A stretch of DNA of 64,000 nucleotides from Ionaspis alba (taxonomy: Eukaryota): the NCBI GenBank assembly GCA_964255285.1, contig CAXUUL010000016.1, positions 1 through 64,000 on the forward strand. The letters run 5' to 3'. This document shows, piece by piece, positions 40,370-52,990 of the stretch. The position numbers and the translations under genes were made by a program. Under the pieces are notes generated by a model. That model did no database searches. It was not told where the DNA came from and saw only the letters and a list, made by a program, of their open reading frames with translations. The first letter of the stretch is position 1, and every line of letters starts with the position of its first letter.

Positions 40370-41330
40370 ACTATTATCTATGTGCTCCGATGCTTGCTTG
40401 CGCTGATGTCCTCTGACGGAGGAGTTGGCAGACCGAAATGGTGTATGTGCTGCGTTCTTGGATTCCATATACACAGCGCTTGCAACCAGGAGTAGGCTGG
40501 CAGGATTACCCAGTCCTGCTGATATCCGGGCAGCCCAATTGACAGCCATACTCGCTGACGAGTTTCTTAGACTCGCAGAGCGCACATTTAATACTTACGA
40601 AAGCCGTAGTTGAGATGAAGCTGGTGGAAGTGCAAGTGGTGACAGTGGACTTGATTGAGGTAACTGTATTGCTCTCCGAATGTAGCACGACCTGGTCTAC
40701 TCATCAGCGTGGTCAAAATGGAAGACAAAGCACTTTGCCTGACATACACATTCAGGGCATGGTCAGAGATCGTTGGCAGAGAATGACGATAAGAAAAATG
40801 GGAATGCGGAGGAAGCATTCTGGGAAGCTCAAGATCGAGGTTCCGCCTCCAAATTCCGTGACTGTCACCCTAGATGTTGCGGTCTCCGCTCGTGTTGTTG
40901 TCGTTGGGTTGGTGACAAGGTAGGGATAGGCGTTCGAAATGCGGGGAGAAACAGGATGTCAATCTATGTGGTGTAGTACGACCGCGTCACTCGTAGCAAT
41001 AGCGTTTCTGAATGTGTAGGAAGTCGTAGAGATGAAAGTACATGTTACAACATGTTCGATAGGCAGTGCGTTGTTGGGCATAAGAAGAAGCGTATGCTTT
41101 GTGCTCAAGAGATCGATGTCATCTTCGTGCTGTCAATCAACATAACGACAACTGTAATGGATGTTCAGAAGGAGCGGTAACTGTCACTGTCTAGGCGCCG
41201 GTCGTTGTCATTGTATTGGCGATCGTGTCGGTAGATTAGGTAGATTTCGATCTAAAGCTAAGATAGCAGTTTTTGGGGCTCTCGTCAATCTTCGAACCCA
41301 GTTGTTGGCCACACATGCTGTAGGTTCCTG
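40370..41330 (-). pseudogene. Possible decayed gene for a Thr-rich secreted protein with an apple/PAN-like Cys motif
   Basis: Broken-frame fragments TACVANNWVRRL, Thr-rich runs, and GCQLGCPDISRTG*SCQPTPGCKRCVYG...VCQLL with in-frame TAA at 40508-40506. Confidence 0.3.
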
Positions 41331-42733
41331 AGTTGATTCCGTTCCAAGGCTTCGAAGCGTGGTGGACAGAAATCATTTACATGCTTCAAACTCGAACAGG
41401 CTAGATTCAGGCGGACTGCCAACAATAGTGGACAGTACGAAGGTCATAAAGAACAGGCATGAAATACACGAACAATGCATGATTGATGACGGAAGCCAGA
41501 ATAGACAGACGTGGGTATCGAGGCACAAATAACACAATTCTCCTTTGCCAAAAAACCTATTTCTTCAGTAGCTGCACTCACCTGGTTATACCGACCCCGT
41601 ACAATCCTCGCATGACAAGATATTAAAAGACGAGAAGCTCTAAGTCAGGATTTGGAATGTACAATCGGGATCTTAACCAGCCCAGCTCGATACAGAATAG
41701 GCTCGTTCCTAGGCTTTGGACATGAACCAAGACAGGAGACCCAAGTCGACGGTTGTTCATTTTCGGGCGACGCTCTGGCCCTGTTTTCCTGAAAAATCTA
41801 GAAACTACCGTCCACTAAGTCTCAAGCGGGACGAGAGTATTCGAAGCTGCGGCAACGTAGAATGACAACAGCCTACGACCTTGTGGTCTCCGTCCAGGAA
41901 TTTAAATGTTTGGTCAAGGCTCATGTACATTATGCGCAGGTTTGGCGGAGTATGTCAGCTTCATCTTCACTTCAATCCAGGAATGGGGTGGTTTTGAAGG
42001 AGGTATAGCCCTGCTTGAGGGTAAATCCCTAGTGGAGCCTCCTCCTCATAGAAGGCCAGTGAACGTGGCTAGAGCCAAGGCGAGTATGGCTTGATGGAAA
42101 TCCGCGTTGGATGAGCGTGACATGTCTCTGAGTATGCAGCTGGGATTCTGCTTTAAATGATGCGATGCGTGTATGGACACTTTTACATCGGTAGCCTAAG
42201 AAGGTGGGTGAGGAATCATAAGATTTGTTGAAGCTTGTAGTCATTGGATTATGGCCTGGTATCCTGGTAATGTTGTAATGAAGCCTTTTGCACAGATTCA
42301 ATTGGCAAATGCACGATGTGACTGTTGTCCCATATGAATGCAATGAGCTGGAAGCTACACCACCATACCAACCAAGATGGTATCGCTGCTTGATATCGCA
42401 GATCGCATTGCGCAAGAAAAAACTTGATCTGATACTCACAAATTCAGCTTCGTATCATTGGAAAGTTCGTACAAGAGTGGCGTCGACGACGCGATACCTC
42501 TGTGATTCAGTCGGGAGGTACGTTACCAAGCATAGAGTACTCTATCAGTAGTGATGGATGAGGGTTCGTCTAGCCTGGCATGTGGATTTGGAGTAAGAGG
42601 AGACGAATCCCTCGAAAGCTCTTTCGGGAAGGTGGAAAATATACTTCATACGCTGTATGCACTTGCTCAAGAACGCGGGCTGAGCGTCGTTTCCCTTGAA
42701 TTTTTCCTGTAGAAGGCATGCCACTATACAGAT

Positions 42734-45018
42734 ATGACACTTCTGAATACCACTAAGATGACTCCTGAGTAGGTAGGAGGTAGACTCGTCTGAACCCAAA
42801 TACACAACGGTTTATATTGAACAGGCTGCTGATCACTGCACCTCGTCGCTCTGACGCAGTTCCAAACCACAGTGGCAGCCATGCTCTTTACACTACCTCG
42901 ACATATTCTCTCGAATCCCACTCGGAGAAACTAGAGATCTGGATACTGAATATACGGACGGGGATCACGACCTTGTTCTCAGACGACGACCGAAATAAGG
43001 ATCCGCAATGGCTAGTAGGAAGTCAAGTTCTATGGCTGAGGGAGGGTGATACCGGAGTCACAGAACTATGGATTGGTACAGCTGGAGAAGCGGAGAAAAA
43101 GTACGCATATAATCATGAAGCTTGAAGGTCCACAGTGTTGATGTCGCTCAGTGCATACTTTGGAGGCTCTATTTCAGCGCCAATCTCCAATGTCAAAACA
43201 AAGGAGCTCGTGGACGGCACCATTGCGTTTGCCTTCAACGCGGAAGCAGACTCGAAAGGCAGTCTTTTCAATCATGTCACAACATCCAAAACTTCCTCTT
43301 CCGCCAGAGAGTACGAGACAGCCGTGGTCCGTTTCTGGGATACGTATTACAAACGTGAGAGAAGCTCCCTTTGGTTTACCACATTAAAGAAAGTAGATGG
43401 TGGTAGATATGAACTGTCAGAACAGGAGCCCATCAATGCCTTGAAAGGGACTCTTCTGGAACACCCCATTTCGCCCACCGACCCCCTTGCCGGCCTTGGA
43501 TATGATATATCTAGGACAGGATTGTTGTTTAAGGCGAGAGACCCCGATTACAACCCGGGGATCACAACCAGATTCAGTATCTTCTATCTTAGACTACTCA
43601 GTTTTACGGAGTCCTCTACGTCTAAGGTTCGTAAGATCGTTGTGCCAGACTACGAAGGATTTGCTTCACATCCGGTTTTCTCGCCAGAGGGCAATTCTGC
43701 TGCTTTTCTCCACACCAAGATCGCAGACACCGAATACGACTGGAATCGAGTGTTCATGATCGGCAAGCTTGATCATGACGAGTCGATGACGAGCACTGCT
43801 TTGGACATCCAAATCAACAGCGAGCATTGGGGCTTGTCCCCCGACACCATCACTTGGGCCAACAATGGTAAGGAACTATATGTTACCGCGTCAGAACGCG
43901 GCCGTCAGAAGCTCTTCGTTTTACCCCTGGGTGCTGGGTTGGGAGAGCCAATAAGGAGCACTGTACCAGTCGCGCTATCAAAGGATGGTACAGTCACGTC
44001 GGTTTTCCCTCTGAGTACTTCGAAATACGAGACACGACTTTTTGTCAATAAGACCTCCCTGGTAGAAAGCAGCGTCTTCACCATCATCGATGCCCAATCG
44101 GGTAAAGGTAGAATCGTTTCTAGCGCTACGGCGGGCGGGTCAGCCCTTGGTCTATCCTCGTCACAAGTCTCCGAGATTGAATTCAAAGGAGAAGATGACG
44201 GCTACAGTGTCCATGCTTGGGTGGTGAAACCTTCGAATTTTCAAGCAACCAAATTCTATCCTCTTTGTTTACTCATCCACGGCGGCCCTTTGAGTGCGTG
44301 GAGTGATGCTTGGAGCACGCGCTGGAATCCTGCAGTCTTCGCTGAACAAGGCTACATAGTCGTCGCACCCAACGTATCCGGATCAAGCGGCTTCGGCCAA
44401 GATTTTGCCAACAGTGTCAGAGGAGCTTGGGGCGGTCGCCCATACGTTGATCTGGTCAAGTGCTTCGAGCACATCGAGAAGAACTTTGCATTTGTCGATA
44501 TCAATCGCACAGTAGCTCTTGGAGGGTCTTATGGCGGATATATGGTCAATTGGATAGCCGGGCAACCTCTTGCCAAGCGGTTGAAAGCACTTGTCTGTCA
44601 CGACGGGATTTTCAGTAATTACAACATGATGTCGGCCGACTATGTCACCACACTTCCTGAAGAAATGGGCGGTTTCCTCTGGACGAACAAGTCAAATTGG
44701 GATAAATACGATCCTGCTCAGTTTACCAAGAACTGGTCCACGCCCATGCTGATCATTCACTCGGACAATGACTTTCGTTGTCCTATCACGGAAGGGTTGG
44801 CAGTATTCAATGTGTGCCAGCAGCTCGGTATCAAAAGTCGCTTCTTGAACTTCCCGGACGAGAACCATTTTGTTCTCAAACGGGAGAACTCCCTTAGATG
44901 GTACAAGACTGTGCTCGGTTGGATCAACAAATACGCCGAGGTGGAAGGAGGCGTTGAGTTGAAACCTCCTATCTGCGAGCCGCGTCCGATTTGGAACGGT
45001 GCCGCGGCAAAAAGATGA
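42734..45018 (+). CDS. Dipeptidyl-peptidase V-like S9 serine peptidase; introns 42769-42824, 43101-43151
   Basis: MTLLNTTKMTPELLITAPRRS, IHGGP, WSTRWNP, GSSGFG, catalytic GGSYGG, DFRC, DENHFV. No hydrophobic signal peptide. Confidence 0.93.
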
Positions 45019-45343
45019 GAAGGGTTAGTACAATAACAGGACGTTTGTCTGTCCGAGGGATCCTCCTGTCATTTTTGATTGATCGTAGTGCACGTTGCAT
45101 TGGTTCGTAAAGCGTGCGAACATACTAACGAATATGCAAGTTGTGCTTGGTCCTTGTTCTGTTGTCGTCATTGAATATTGTTATATGTGTTTCACAAGAA
45201 GACCAAGCAATATGATCAATTCTGCTCTTCCCTAAAAAGACATTCATGACTGAAAGATCCGTGAAGTCTTCGATGTTACCCGTGGAATGTCGCCAGGATC
45301 GTGAATGAAGCAGGAGGTACCACCGCTGGCAAGCCTGTATCGA

Positions 45344-46174
45344 TCACCTCATTTCTACCTGTACTGTTCCGCTTGTCGTAGTGGTTTCAGCCCCCCGTTC
45401 CGTCTTCACCCCGTCGCTTCCCTCAGCCTTGGGTTTCTCATCAGTGAAAATCCTTTCAAGGCTGACTCTCAAGACCTTCCGGCCCTTAATTCCTTCCACA
45501 CCCTTCAATCCATCATCCTTTCCATCCCATCGAACCTCCCACTTCCCATCGCCGTCTGTGCCGTTCTCAGGTTCCACGATCACGAAATATTCGTCACCAT
45601 CAAGCAGCAAGCCTCCCGCCTCTTCTTCCTCGTTCGAGAATTCACCCTCATCCAATTCTGTAGTCCAGCCCCAGCTTCCTACCCTGTGTGGCTTGCTCTG
45701 TGTTCTGTTCCCATACTTCAGCTCAAAGGTCTTTCTGTCAACGTATATCCAGTTCAGCATCGGTGGGTCCGTCGAGATAGTAGTTACTAGGCCAATCGGA
45801 GCTGGTTTGGGGCGATCTTCGTCCGGATATGCTATGTAGAAGCCGCAAAAGGGATGAAAAGACCTGGAAGGTTGATATGCAGGGGACTGTATCCAGACCT
45901 GCAGCAGAACGGGCCCGTTTAGCCCTGGTCCGGTTGAATCAGATGGTGGATCTGCTCATATATGCGGGCTTACCTTGTCATTCCCCAAGACTACCTCCCC
46001 TCCATGCAGTGCATCTCCAGCTTTACCGTAGCCCTCGCACCAACATTCCAGCGTAAATTTTCGAAGGAGCTTATCATCGTTGTTTTTCTCGTTCTGCTTT
46101 TTCTGCTCCGACACTCCAGCGGCGATGCCGATGACAGTGGGAATTGCGGTAATCATGAGAAGTCCAATGACCAT
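45344..46174 (-). CDS. Conserved fungal hypothetical protein with N-terminal hydrophobic helix; intron 45899-45973
   Basis: MVIGLLMITAIPTVIGIAAGVSEQ splices in frame to VWIQ...HPFCGFYIAYP...GLVTTISTDPPMLNWIYVDRKTFELKYGNR...WEVRWDGKDDGL. Confidence 0.8.
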
Positions 46175-46533
46175 TCTTCTCGACAGGAGCGTCCACTAAC
46201 GAACGTGCATACTGGAGGGAAATACTTCATACCAAACATGGTAAATACTTTAACGGAGTAAGTGTATTCATCCGTCGGGTCATCCAAACGAGCACGGAAA
46301 GATAGGAAAGGATTCCTTGCTGTATTCGTATGACTAGAAACGTCATGGTACTTTTAGTATGCGGGAGGTAGTATCAGCCTCAAGTTAAGCCCAAGATAGT
46401 GGCTTTGTCTCGCCAACCACTCATTAAAACTCGATAGCGATTAGGTGATACGGCGGCAATCCGTGAATTTGAGTTCGCTTACCTTGACATCCACAAGTCC
46501 CTCGACAACCCAGACGAGAGAAAAGAAAATGTA

Positions 46534-47838
46534 ATGTCCATTGATATCGACTGGGAAGCTCTTACGACTGGCCCTGATGGGCTTGCACTAGCAGAATCGA
46601 TCCGTGTCTTCATCCACGACAAATTCCAACAGGTAGCATTACCACGCTTCATCAAATCCGTGGAGGTCCACTCCTTCGACTTTGGAAAACAATGTCCCGT
46701 CATAGAGTTGAAGGACGTCTGCGATCCACTACAAGACTTTTATGATGGTAACGACGAAGATGAGGAAGAGCACGAAGGACGAGAACCGCCAGAAGACGAG
46801 GTAGAAAGGCAGGATGACCAGGCAATTGGCGTTGGAGGAGTAAGACCCGAAGAATCACTGAGAGACCGCCGAAAAGTAACTCGCTACAACGAGCTTAACG
46901 GAGCAGCGTTGATTTCGGGCACACAGCCGAAGCCTCCCTCGATCATTGATGCGCGGCCGAATCTACGCTCTAATGGGAGCCTAGCAGACCAGATTGCAGG
47001 TCCATTGCTCAGCCGTTCTGGTACTCCTGGCATTCCGGGAGGCACCTCGAATCTCAGCTACTTCCATCTTCCTCTCAGCGCTGGTCTGTCTGGTTCCCAA
47101 ACACCTCTAGCAGCAGTGGCGGGCGGAACGCCTTACCAAGCGAACTGGCAAGACTTCCACGCACCGCCATGGGAGCATCATCCCCGATGTAATTTCCCGC
47201 GGGAAAGGCAGCACTACGTCTCTCAAGACCATACCTATGCCGACCCTTCCACACGTCCTTCCACGGCTACATCATACGCTCCACAGCATGGTGGCTTTAC
47301 ACGACAAGATTCTATTGACGGTACGGCGGATCAATCCGATTCGCAGACCCAACGCCACGAGCCAGATCCCTCAGACCTGCAGATCGTGTTACACATCTCA
47401 TATAGCGGTGATATCAGGCTTTCATTAACAGTGGAAATCTTGCTCGATTATCCCATGCCAAGCTTTGTTGGCATCCCATTGAAGCTCAACATCACTGGTT
47501 TGAGCTTTGACGGTGTGGCTCTCATCGCATATCTGAAGAAGAGGGCGCAATTTTGTTTTCTCGGAGAAGAGAACGCCGTGACGTTGGTCGGTGCTGAGAA
47601 TGCCCTTGATGACAGTGGACATGGTGAAGATACTAAAGCCATGGATCGTAATCAGCACGGCGACAAGCTGGGAGGGCTCTTACGTGAGATCAAGGTAGAA
47701 AGTGAAATTGGCCAGAAAGAAGGAGGAAAACAGGTGCTTAAGAATGTTGGGAAAGTGGAAAAATTTGTGCTTGAACAGGTCAGGCGAATCTTCGAGGAAG
47801 AGTTCGTTTATCCGAGTTTCTGGACATTCTTGGTATAG
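46534..47838 (+). CDS. MDM12: ERMES subunit, SMP domain
   Basis: MSIDIDW...FIHDKFQQVALPRFI...GTPGIPGGTS...DYPMPSFVGIPLKL...VLKNVGKVEKFV...VYPSFWTFLV. Confidence 0.96.
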   Translation: MSIDIDWEALTTGPDGLALAESIRVFIHDKFQQVALPRFIKSVEVHSFDFGKQCPVIELKDVCDPLQDFYDGNDEDEEEHEGREPPEDEVERQDDQAIGVGGVRPEESLRDRRKVTRYNELNGAALISGTQPKPPSIIDARPNLRSNGSLADQIAGPLLSRSGTPGIPGGTSNLSYFHLPLSAGLSGSQTPLAAVAGGTPYQANWQDFHAPPWEHHPRCNFPRERQHYVSQDHTYADPSTRPSTATSYAPQHGGFTRQDSIDGTADQSDSQTQRHEPDPSDLQIVLHISYSGDIRLSLTVEILLDYPMPSFVGIPLKLNITGLSFDGVALIAYLKKRAQFCFLGEENAVTLVGAENALDDSGHGEDTKAMDRNQHGDKLGGLLREIKVESEIGQKEGGKQVLKNVGKVEKFVLEQVRRIFEEEFVYPSFWTFLV

Positions 47839-47985
47839 AGACACGATGGTGGGCAAGTTCACAACCCTGTATTGGACCAGTCTCACTCCTGCAACTAAGA
47901 TCAGGGGAGAAGAGATTGAGATTCAGGCGGGAGTATATCTAGAAGTTGAAGCTAGTAAAGACACGGCAACCCCAAATATCCGGTT

Positions 47986-49149
47986 CTAAACATCTACCTC
48001 GCTCTGAATCTGCACCTTGATCGCACCCGTCTTTGGGTCCGCCGCCGTCTTGAAAGCATTGACTGCATCCTCGATATCGAAACGATGCGTTACCAGCTTC
48101 GACAAGTCAATGATTCCACTTTCGACCAATCTGATAGCTCGTGGCCAGGTGTTGCAATATCTGTACTGAAACTGCAAATCGATCTCCTGCGTACTCAATC
48201 TCATGAAAGGCATATTCATCTCGTTCCTGCCAACTCCAATCACGAATACCTTACCTCCGAATTTGACGCTCCATATTGCAGTTGTGATGCTGCTCTCGAC
48301 GCCGGTGCACTCAAGAGCGACGGCTAGTCGGATGTCCCCTGCAGCTTTGATGATCTCCTCCGCTGCCTGCTCGGGTCCAACACCTCGCTCGACCTTGTAC
48401 GTTTTCACGCTTGGGACAAGCTCTTTCGCGAATTTGAGCCTTCCCTCGTCGATATCAGTAATCACAATAGGCTCGGCCCCAGCAGCTCGACAGCAGAGTA
48501 GGGTGACAAGACCTATAGGACCAGCACCGCAGACAAGGACTGGGTCTCCGAGTCTGACGCCGCTCCGTTCCATACCAGCAAGAGCAACACTGAGAGGTTC
48601 CAGCATCGACCCCTTCTCAAAGCTCATGTCACCAATCTTATGACACCACACTGCCGGGTGGTTGAGGTATCTCCTCAGTAGGCCGTTGAATGGTGGGGTC
48701 GATGAGAACTGCATGTCCTCACATCCGTTGTAGCGGCCAGTCAGACACGGCTCACACTTGTTGCAAATGATGTTCGGCTCAATCGCGACCCTGTCTCCGA
48801 CTTTCAGATGTGTCACTGACGGATGGGCGGCGAGGACGACGCCAGCGGACTCGTGTCCGAGTATGTGGTCATCTTTGACTATCATTGGCCCAATGGCGCC
48901 TGCGTGCCAGAAGTGAACATCGGACCTGAGCTCTCACGTCATCAGTGTTACGTTCTCGAGCTAGATTATCTCTCGAACTGACCCGCAAATGCCGGTACTC
49001 TTGACTCCTACTGTCACCTCTCCCTCCTTCAATCCCTCTCCGCTCTTGACCTCTTCAAGGCTCGGCTTGGAGTCGGCAATCCAGAGATCGTGGGCTGGGT
49101 TCGTGTACACGCCCACATTCTTCTTGGTGATGGTTGTGGTGGCGGACAT
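47986..49149 (-). CDS. lad1: L-arabinitol 4-dehydrogenase (zinc MDR family); intron ~48926-48980
   Basis: [33 protein letters not shown], four-Cys zinc loop, [32 protein letters not shown]. Confidence 0.93.
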
Positions 49150-50010
49150 GCTGACTGTGTTGAATGTAAAATGGGGGAGACGAGATGGAGGGTGGAGTTC
49201 GCTGCAAGGGAAAGAGGGAAGGATGCTGGTAAGTTATAGATCGACGCCGGAGCAAGCAAGCTTCGAGTGGGGTTGTAAAGTGATAGAGGCGCCTAAGCGC
49301 ACCAGTTGTAAGAACGAATCGCAAGTAAATAGAAGTTGAGACGATGTTGGATCCCAGAGTTCTAGATGTTCGAGGCGAGCTCGATCGCTATAGCATCCAG
49401 AAGCTGGTTAAATGGGAAGGGTGTCAATATTTACTTTGCAGCTGTGGTGTTTTTAGATGTGGAAGATATATTATTGCATTCACCGATTCGAGTTGTGAAT
49501 CAGGATGGTTGGGGTCAATCGATTTCATGAGTTTGCTTTTCGATATTACCCCGCCATTACCTCTGTTTCCAGTCCCACCCGTTTCAATTCACCCTGGCAG
49601 GCGCGCAGGGTACCCTGCTGCCACAAAGTCGGTAACTTGTGGTCGCAGTTTAGCTGAAAGGCCGTTAGACGTGCCCCGGAACATCTGACTATTGGGTGGT
49701 CCCCGCCTCGGAGGCCAACTACATGGGGGCTGAGGTGGCTGTGAACAAGGGACCCCGATGTGCAGTACTCAGGGTTGTGTCTGCAGAGACAGTCACCTAA
49801 ACCTAATAAGAATTTGGACGGCGCTGCTACCCGAACAGATTCTACTGTTACCAGAGCCATATCACGCATGCAGGTGGGAAAACGGCTTGGCGGCAGCTCA
49901 GCCTTGTGATCGGAGCCCTACTTTTCCATCTCCTCAAATTAGGTTATTTTTTTCATCTTCCAGAGCCGACACAATTGCGTTGTTTGGCTGCTACAGCAAT
50001 ATTATCAATC

Positions 50011-52404
50011 ATGGGTGGCCAGTCTAGGAAAGCGACGAAGAAGTTTGAGAAGAACCATCTGAAAGATATCATTGAGCAGCGCAAAGACCACGCAAAAATC
50101 AAACAGCGTCAGCAGATCAAAGCTAAGAAGAAAGCCAGGAATGCGAGCGACTACGCCAAAGTTTCGGATCAGGAAGAGCCGGGCGCAACGGAGAGGAATG
50201 GCGGCAAACAGAGTCGCACAGCGGATGCTCTGAAAGACATGACTGTGGATGAGTTCTTCCAAGGCGGATTCGATATTCCGGAACTCAAGGAGGCCCCCAA
50301 AACGCAGTCGACGGTTAAACACCTTGCACCTCAAACAGGAAAACGAAAGCAGCATGTTGGGTCAGATGATAAAATTGAGACCAGCGTTTCAGACTCCATG
50401 ATCTTGAACGGAGAGGAAGTTCCAGCGGACGACCCAATCGTGTCCGAGTCCGAGCCCGAATCCGAGTCCGAGTCCGAATTCGAAGGCGATACAGCGATTA
50501 GAGCACACAGAGGGGAATTGGATGCCTTGGCTGCGAACGATCCAGACTTCTACAAATACCTGAAGGAGAATGATGCAGATATGCTGGACTTTGCCGAGGA
50601 CGCGGACCTACCGGCTGTTCAAGTGAGCGAAGAGGAGGACGAACCGCCCTCTAAAAAAATAAAGCGCAAGCAGGTCGAGGCGGCTGTTCTGGAAACGGAC
50701 GAGGAAACAGAGGTGACGATGGCGCTGCTCGAGAAGTGGCGGACTGCCATGGCAGAGCAGAAATCTTTGCGAGCAATGCGCGAGGTGGTTCTGGCTTTCC
50801 GTGCCGCCGTTCATGTCAACGAGGAGGACGGTAAAGCATACAAGTATAGCATTTCTAGTCCTGAGGTCTATCACCAGCTTCTTGTGATCTCTTTGCAATA
50901 TGTCCCCGAAGTCCTGGGTCACCACCTTCCCATCAAGGAAGTAACGTCGGGCAGAGTGCGTGTTCCGACGGACTCAAAGAAGTATCGAACCTTGACACCC
51001 CTGCTGAAGTCTCATGCTGCATCGCTACACCACTTGCTAGAAAATCTATCGGACCCTCCGACCATCAAACTGACGTTGAATTCAGTGCTCCCACTGCTTC
51101 CTTATGTGCTGTCATTCAAAAAGGCCCTCAAGAATCTAACCAAGACGATTGTCGGCATCTGGTCGGATTCTTCGAGCACGGAAGTGACCCGTATCAACGC
51201 CTTCCTTCTTATCCGTCGATTGGCCGTCATTAGCGATGCTTCTCTTCGTGAGGCTGTCCTCAAGACAACTTATCAAGGCTTGGTCAAAGGCAGTCGAAAC
51301 ACGACCATACACACTCTACCAGGTATAAATCTTATGAAAAATTCTGCAGCTGAGCTCTGGGGTCTCGATCCGACTATCGGGTACACAACCGGCTTCACAT
51401 ATATTCGCCAGCTCGCAATTCACCTTCGGACTAGCATCACCCAACCCACCAAAGACTCCTACAAAGCTGTCTATAATTGGCAGTACACGCATTCCTTAGA
51501 CTTTTGGTCTCGGGTGCTCTCTCTCCACTGCTCGACCGCGACCAACCCCACAATCAGGAAGCCCTTCGACTCACCGCTCCACCCACTCATCTATCCTCTT
51601 GTTCAGATCACATTGGGAGCGCTGCGCCTCATCCCAACACCTACTTATTTCCCGCTTCGCTTCCATCTCGCTCGATCTATACTCCGTATATCTCGCAGTA
51701 CGAATACCTACATTCCGCTTGTGCCATCACTCGTCGAAGTTCTGCAATCACCAGAATTGAGGAAAGCCCCCAAGGCTAGTACTCTGAAACCGCTCGACTT
51801 CAATGTTGCCATTCGAGCACCCAAGTCTTACATCCGCACCCGTATCTACCAAGATGGGGTCGGCGAGCAGGTTTCCGAGCTTTTGGCCGAGTTCTTTGGG
51901 GTTTGGTGTAAAAGCATTGCCTTCCCCGAGCTCGTCATTCCACCTACTGTACTGCTGAAGCGATGGTTGAAGGAAGTCTCTGCGCCTCCATCGAAAGGAT
52001 CACAGATTTCAGGGGCGCGGAAAGATGGCAAAGGCAACAAGAATTCCAAGCTGAATTCATCCATCTCGCTTTTGGTCCAAAAGCTTGATGCTAACGCGAG
52101 GTACGTGGAAGAGACCAGAAGGAGGGTCGACTTTGCCCCGAGCAATCGCACGGCAGTCGAGGCTTTCCTGAAAGACGTAGAGTGGGAAAATATGCCGTTG
52201 GGGGCATTTTTGGTGGGGATGAGGAAGCAGCGGGAGCAAAGGGAGAAAATTTTAGAAGAAGGAAGGAGAGAGGAGCAGGAACGGCGGGACCAGGAGAAAG
52301 AGGATGGCAAGTCGGTCGACGAAGCCAGCGCTATTTCGACCGAAGGTGGTGATGATGACCTTGATGACGAGGTTGATGGAGATGGAGAGGCGATGGACGA
52401 ATAG
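50011..52404 (+). CDS. NOC2: Nucleolar complex protein 2, intronless
   Basis: KATKKFEKNHL, DPDFYKYLKEND, FTYIRQLAIHLR, VYNWQY, PLIYPLVQ, YFPLRFH, SIAFPEL. Confidence 0.95.
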   Translation: MGGQSRKATKKFEKNHLKDIIEQRKDHAKIKQRQQIKAKKKARNASDYAKVSDQEEPGATERNGGKQSRTADALKDMTVDEFFQGGFDIPELKEAPKTQSTVKHLAPQTGKRKQHVGSDDKIETSVSDSMILNGEEVPADDPIVSESEPESESESEFEGDTAIRAHRGELDALAANDPDFYKYLKENDADMLDFAEDADLPAVQVSEEEDEPPSKKIKRKQVEAAVLETDEETEVTMALLEKWRTAMAEQKSLRAMREVVLAFRAAVHVNEEDGKAYKYSISSPEVYHQLLVISLQYVPEVLGHHLPIKEVTSGRVRVPTDSKKYRTLTPLLKSHAASLHHLLENLSDPPTIKLTLNSVLPLLPYVLSFKKALKNLTKTIVGIWSDSSSTEVTRINAFLLIRRLAVISDASLREAVLKTTYQGLVKGSRNTTIHTLPGINLMKNSAAELWGLDPTIGYTTGFTYIRQLAIHLRTSITQPTKDSYKAVYNWQYTHSLDFWSRVLSLHCSTATNPTIRKPFDSPLHPLIYPLVQITLGALRLIPTPTYFPLRFHLARSILRISRSTNTYIPLVPSLVEVLQSPELRKAPKASTLKPLDFNVAIRAPKSYIRTRIYQDGVGEQVSELLAEFFGVWCKSIAFPELVIPPTVLLKRWLKEVSAPPSKGSQISGARKDGKGNKNSKLNSSISLLVQKLDANARYVEETRRRVDFAPSNRTAVEAFLKDVEWENMPLGAFLVGMRKQREQREKILEEGRREEQERRDQEKEDGKSVDEASAISTEGGDDDLDDEVDGDGEAMDE

Positions 52405-52990
52405 AACGGGACGGTTCACACGATTTAGCTTGAGTAGAATGAGGAGGATTTGTACTCTTTGACCAGTTCAACCACTTATGGAAGGCAAGGCGTCATTAAA
52501 TAGACCATCTAGTGTCTATACATCAAATCTCGTAGCGTGGAGATATTTCTATGTTCCACCAAGCAAAGTTACTTCTTTCCGGCGCCCCAGTTCCATTCAT
52601 TTTGTCTTTCCTTCTTTCAGCCTCTTCTAAACCCACACAAGTGCAGAAGCATAGCCAATAGGTCCCCTGGAGACCTGCACCCCGAATTGTCTGCACCGAA
52701 TGAAGAAAACAAAGTCTAAGCGAGGTGGGCCCATGATCTGCTTCCAGGGAACCATCATAAGAACTGTACTGAAAAATCCATCTAGTACTCGTACACTTGC
52801 TCGCTCTAGCGCCAAATAGCAAAACAAATAATGCAAGCAACGAGTGTTGTCTTGATGTCCAGATCAAAGCAAAGCTTTTATGCAAATCGTCTGGGCGCAA
52901 ACTGGACACAATGCCTCTGGTTCCATTGACGATATCGAACATGAATAGCGAAGTATGAGAGGCGACAGTTTAGCAGCGTATCAGCATGGG

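Noticed and set aside
49906..50010. GTG-started upstream extension of NOC2 in the ORF track
   Set aside because: Short, UTR-like, overlaps promoter motifs; Noc2-like sequence begins at ATG 50011.
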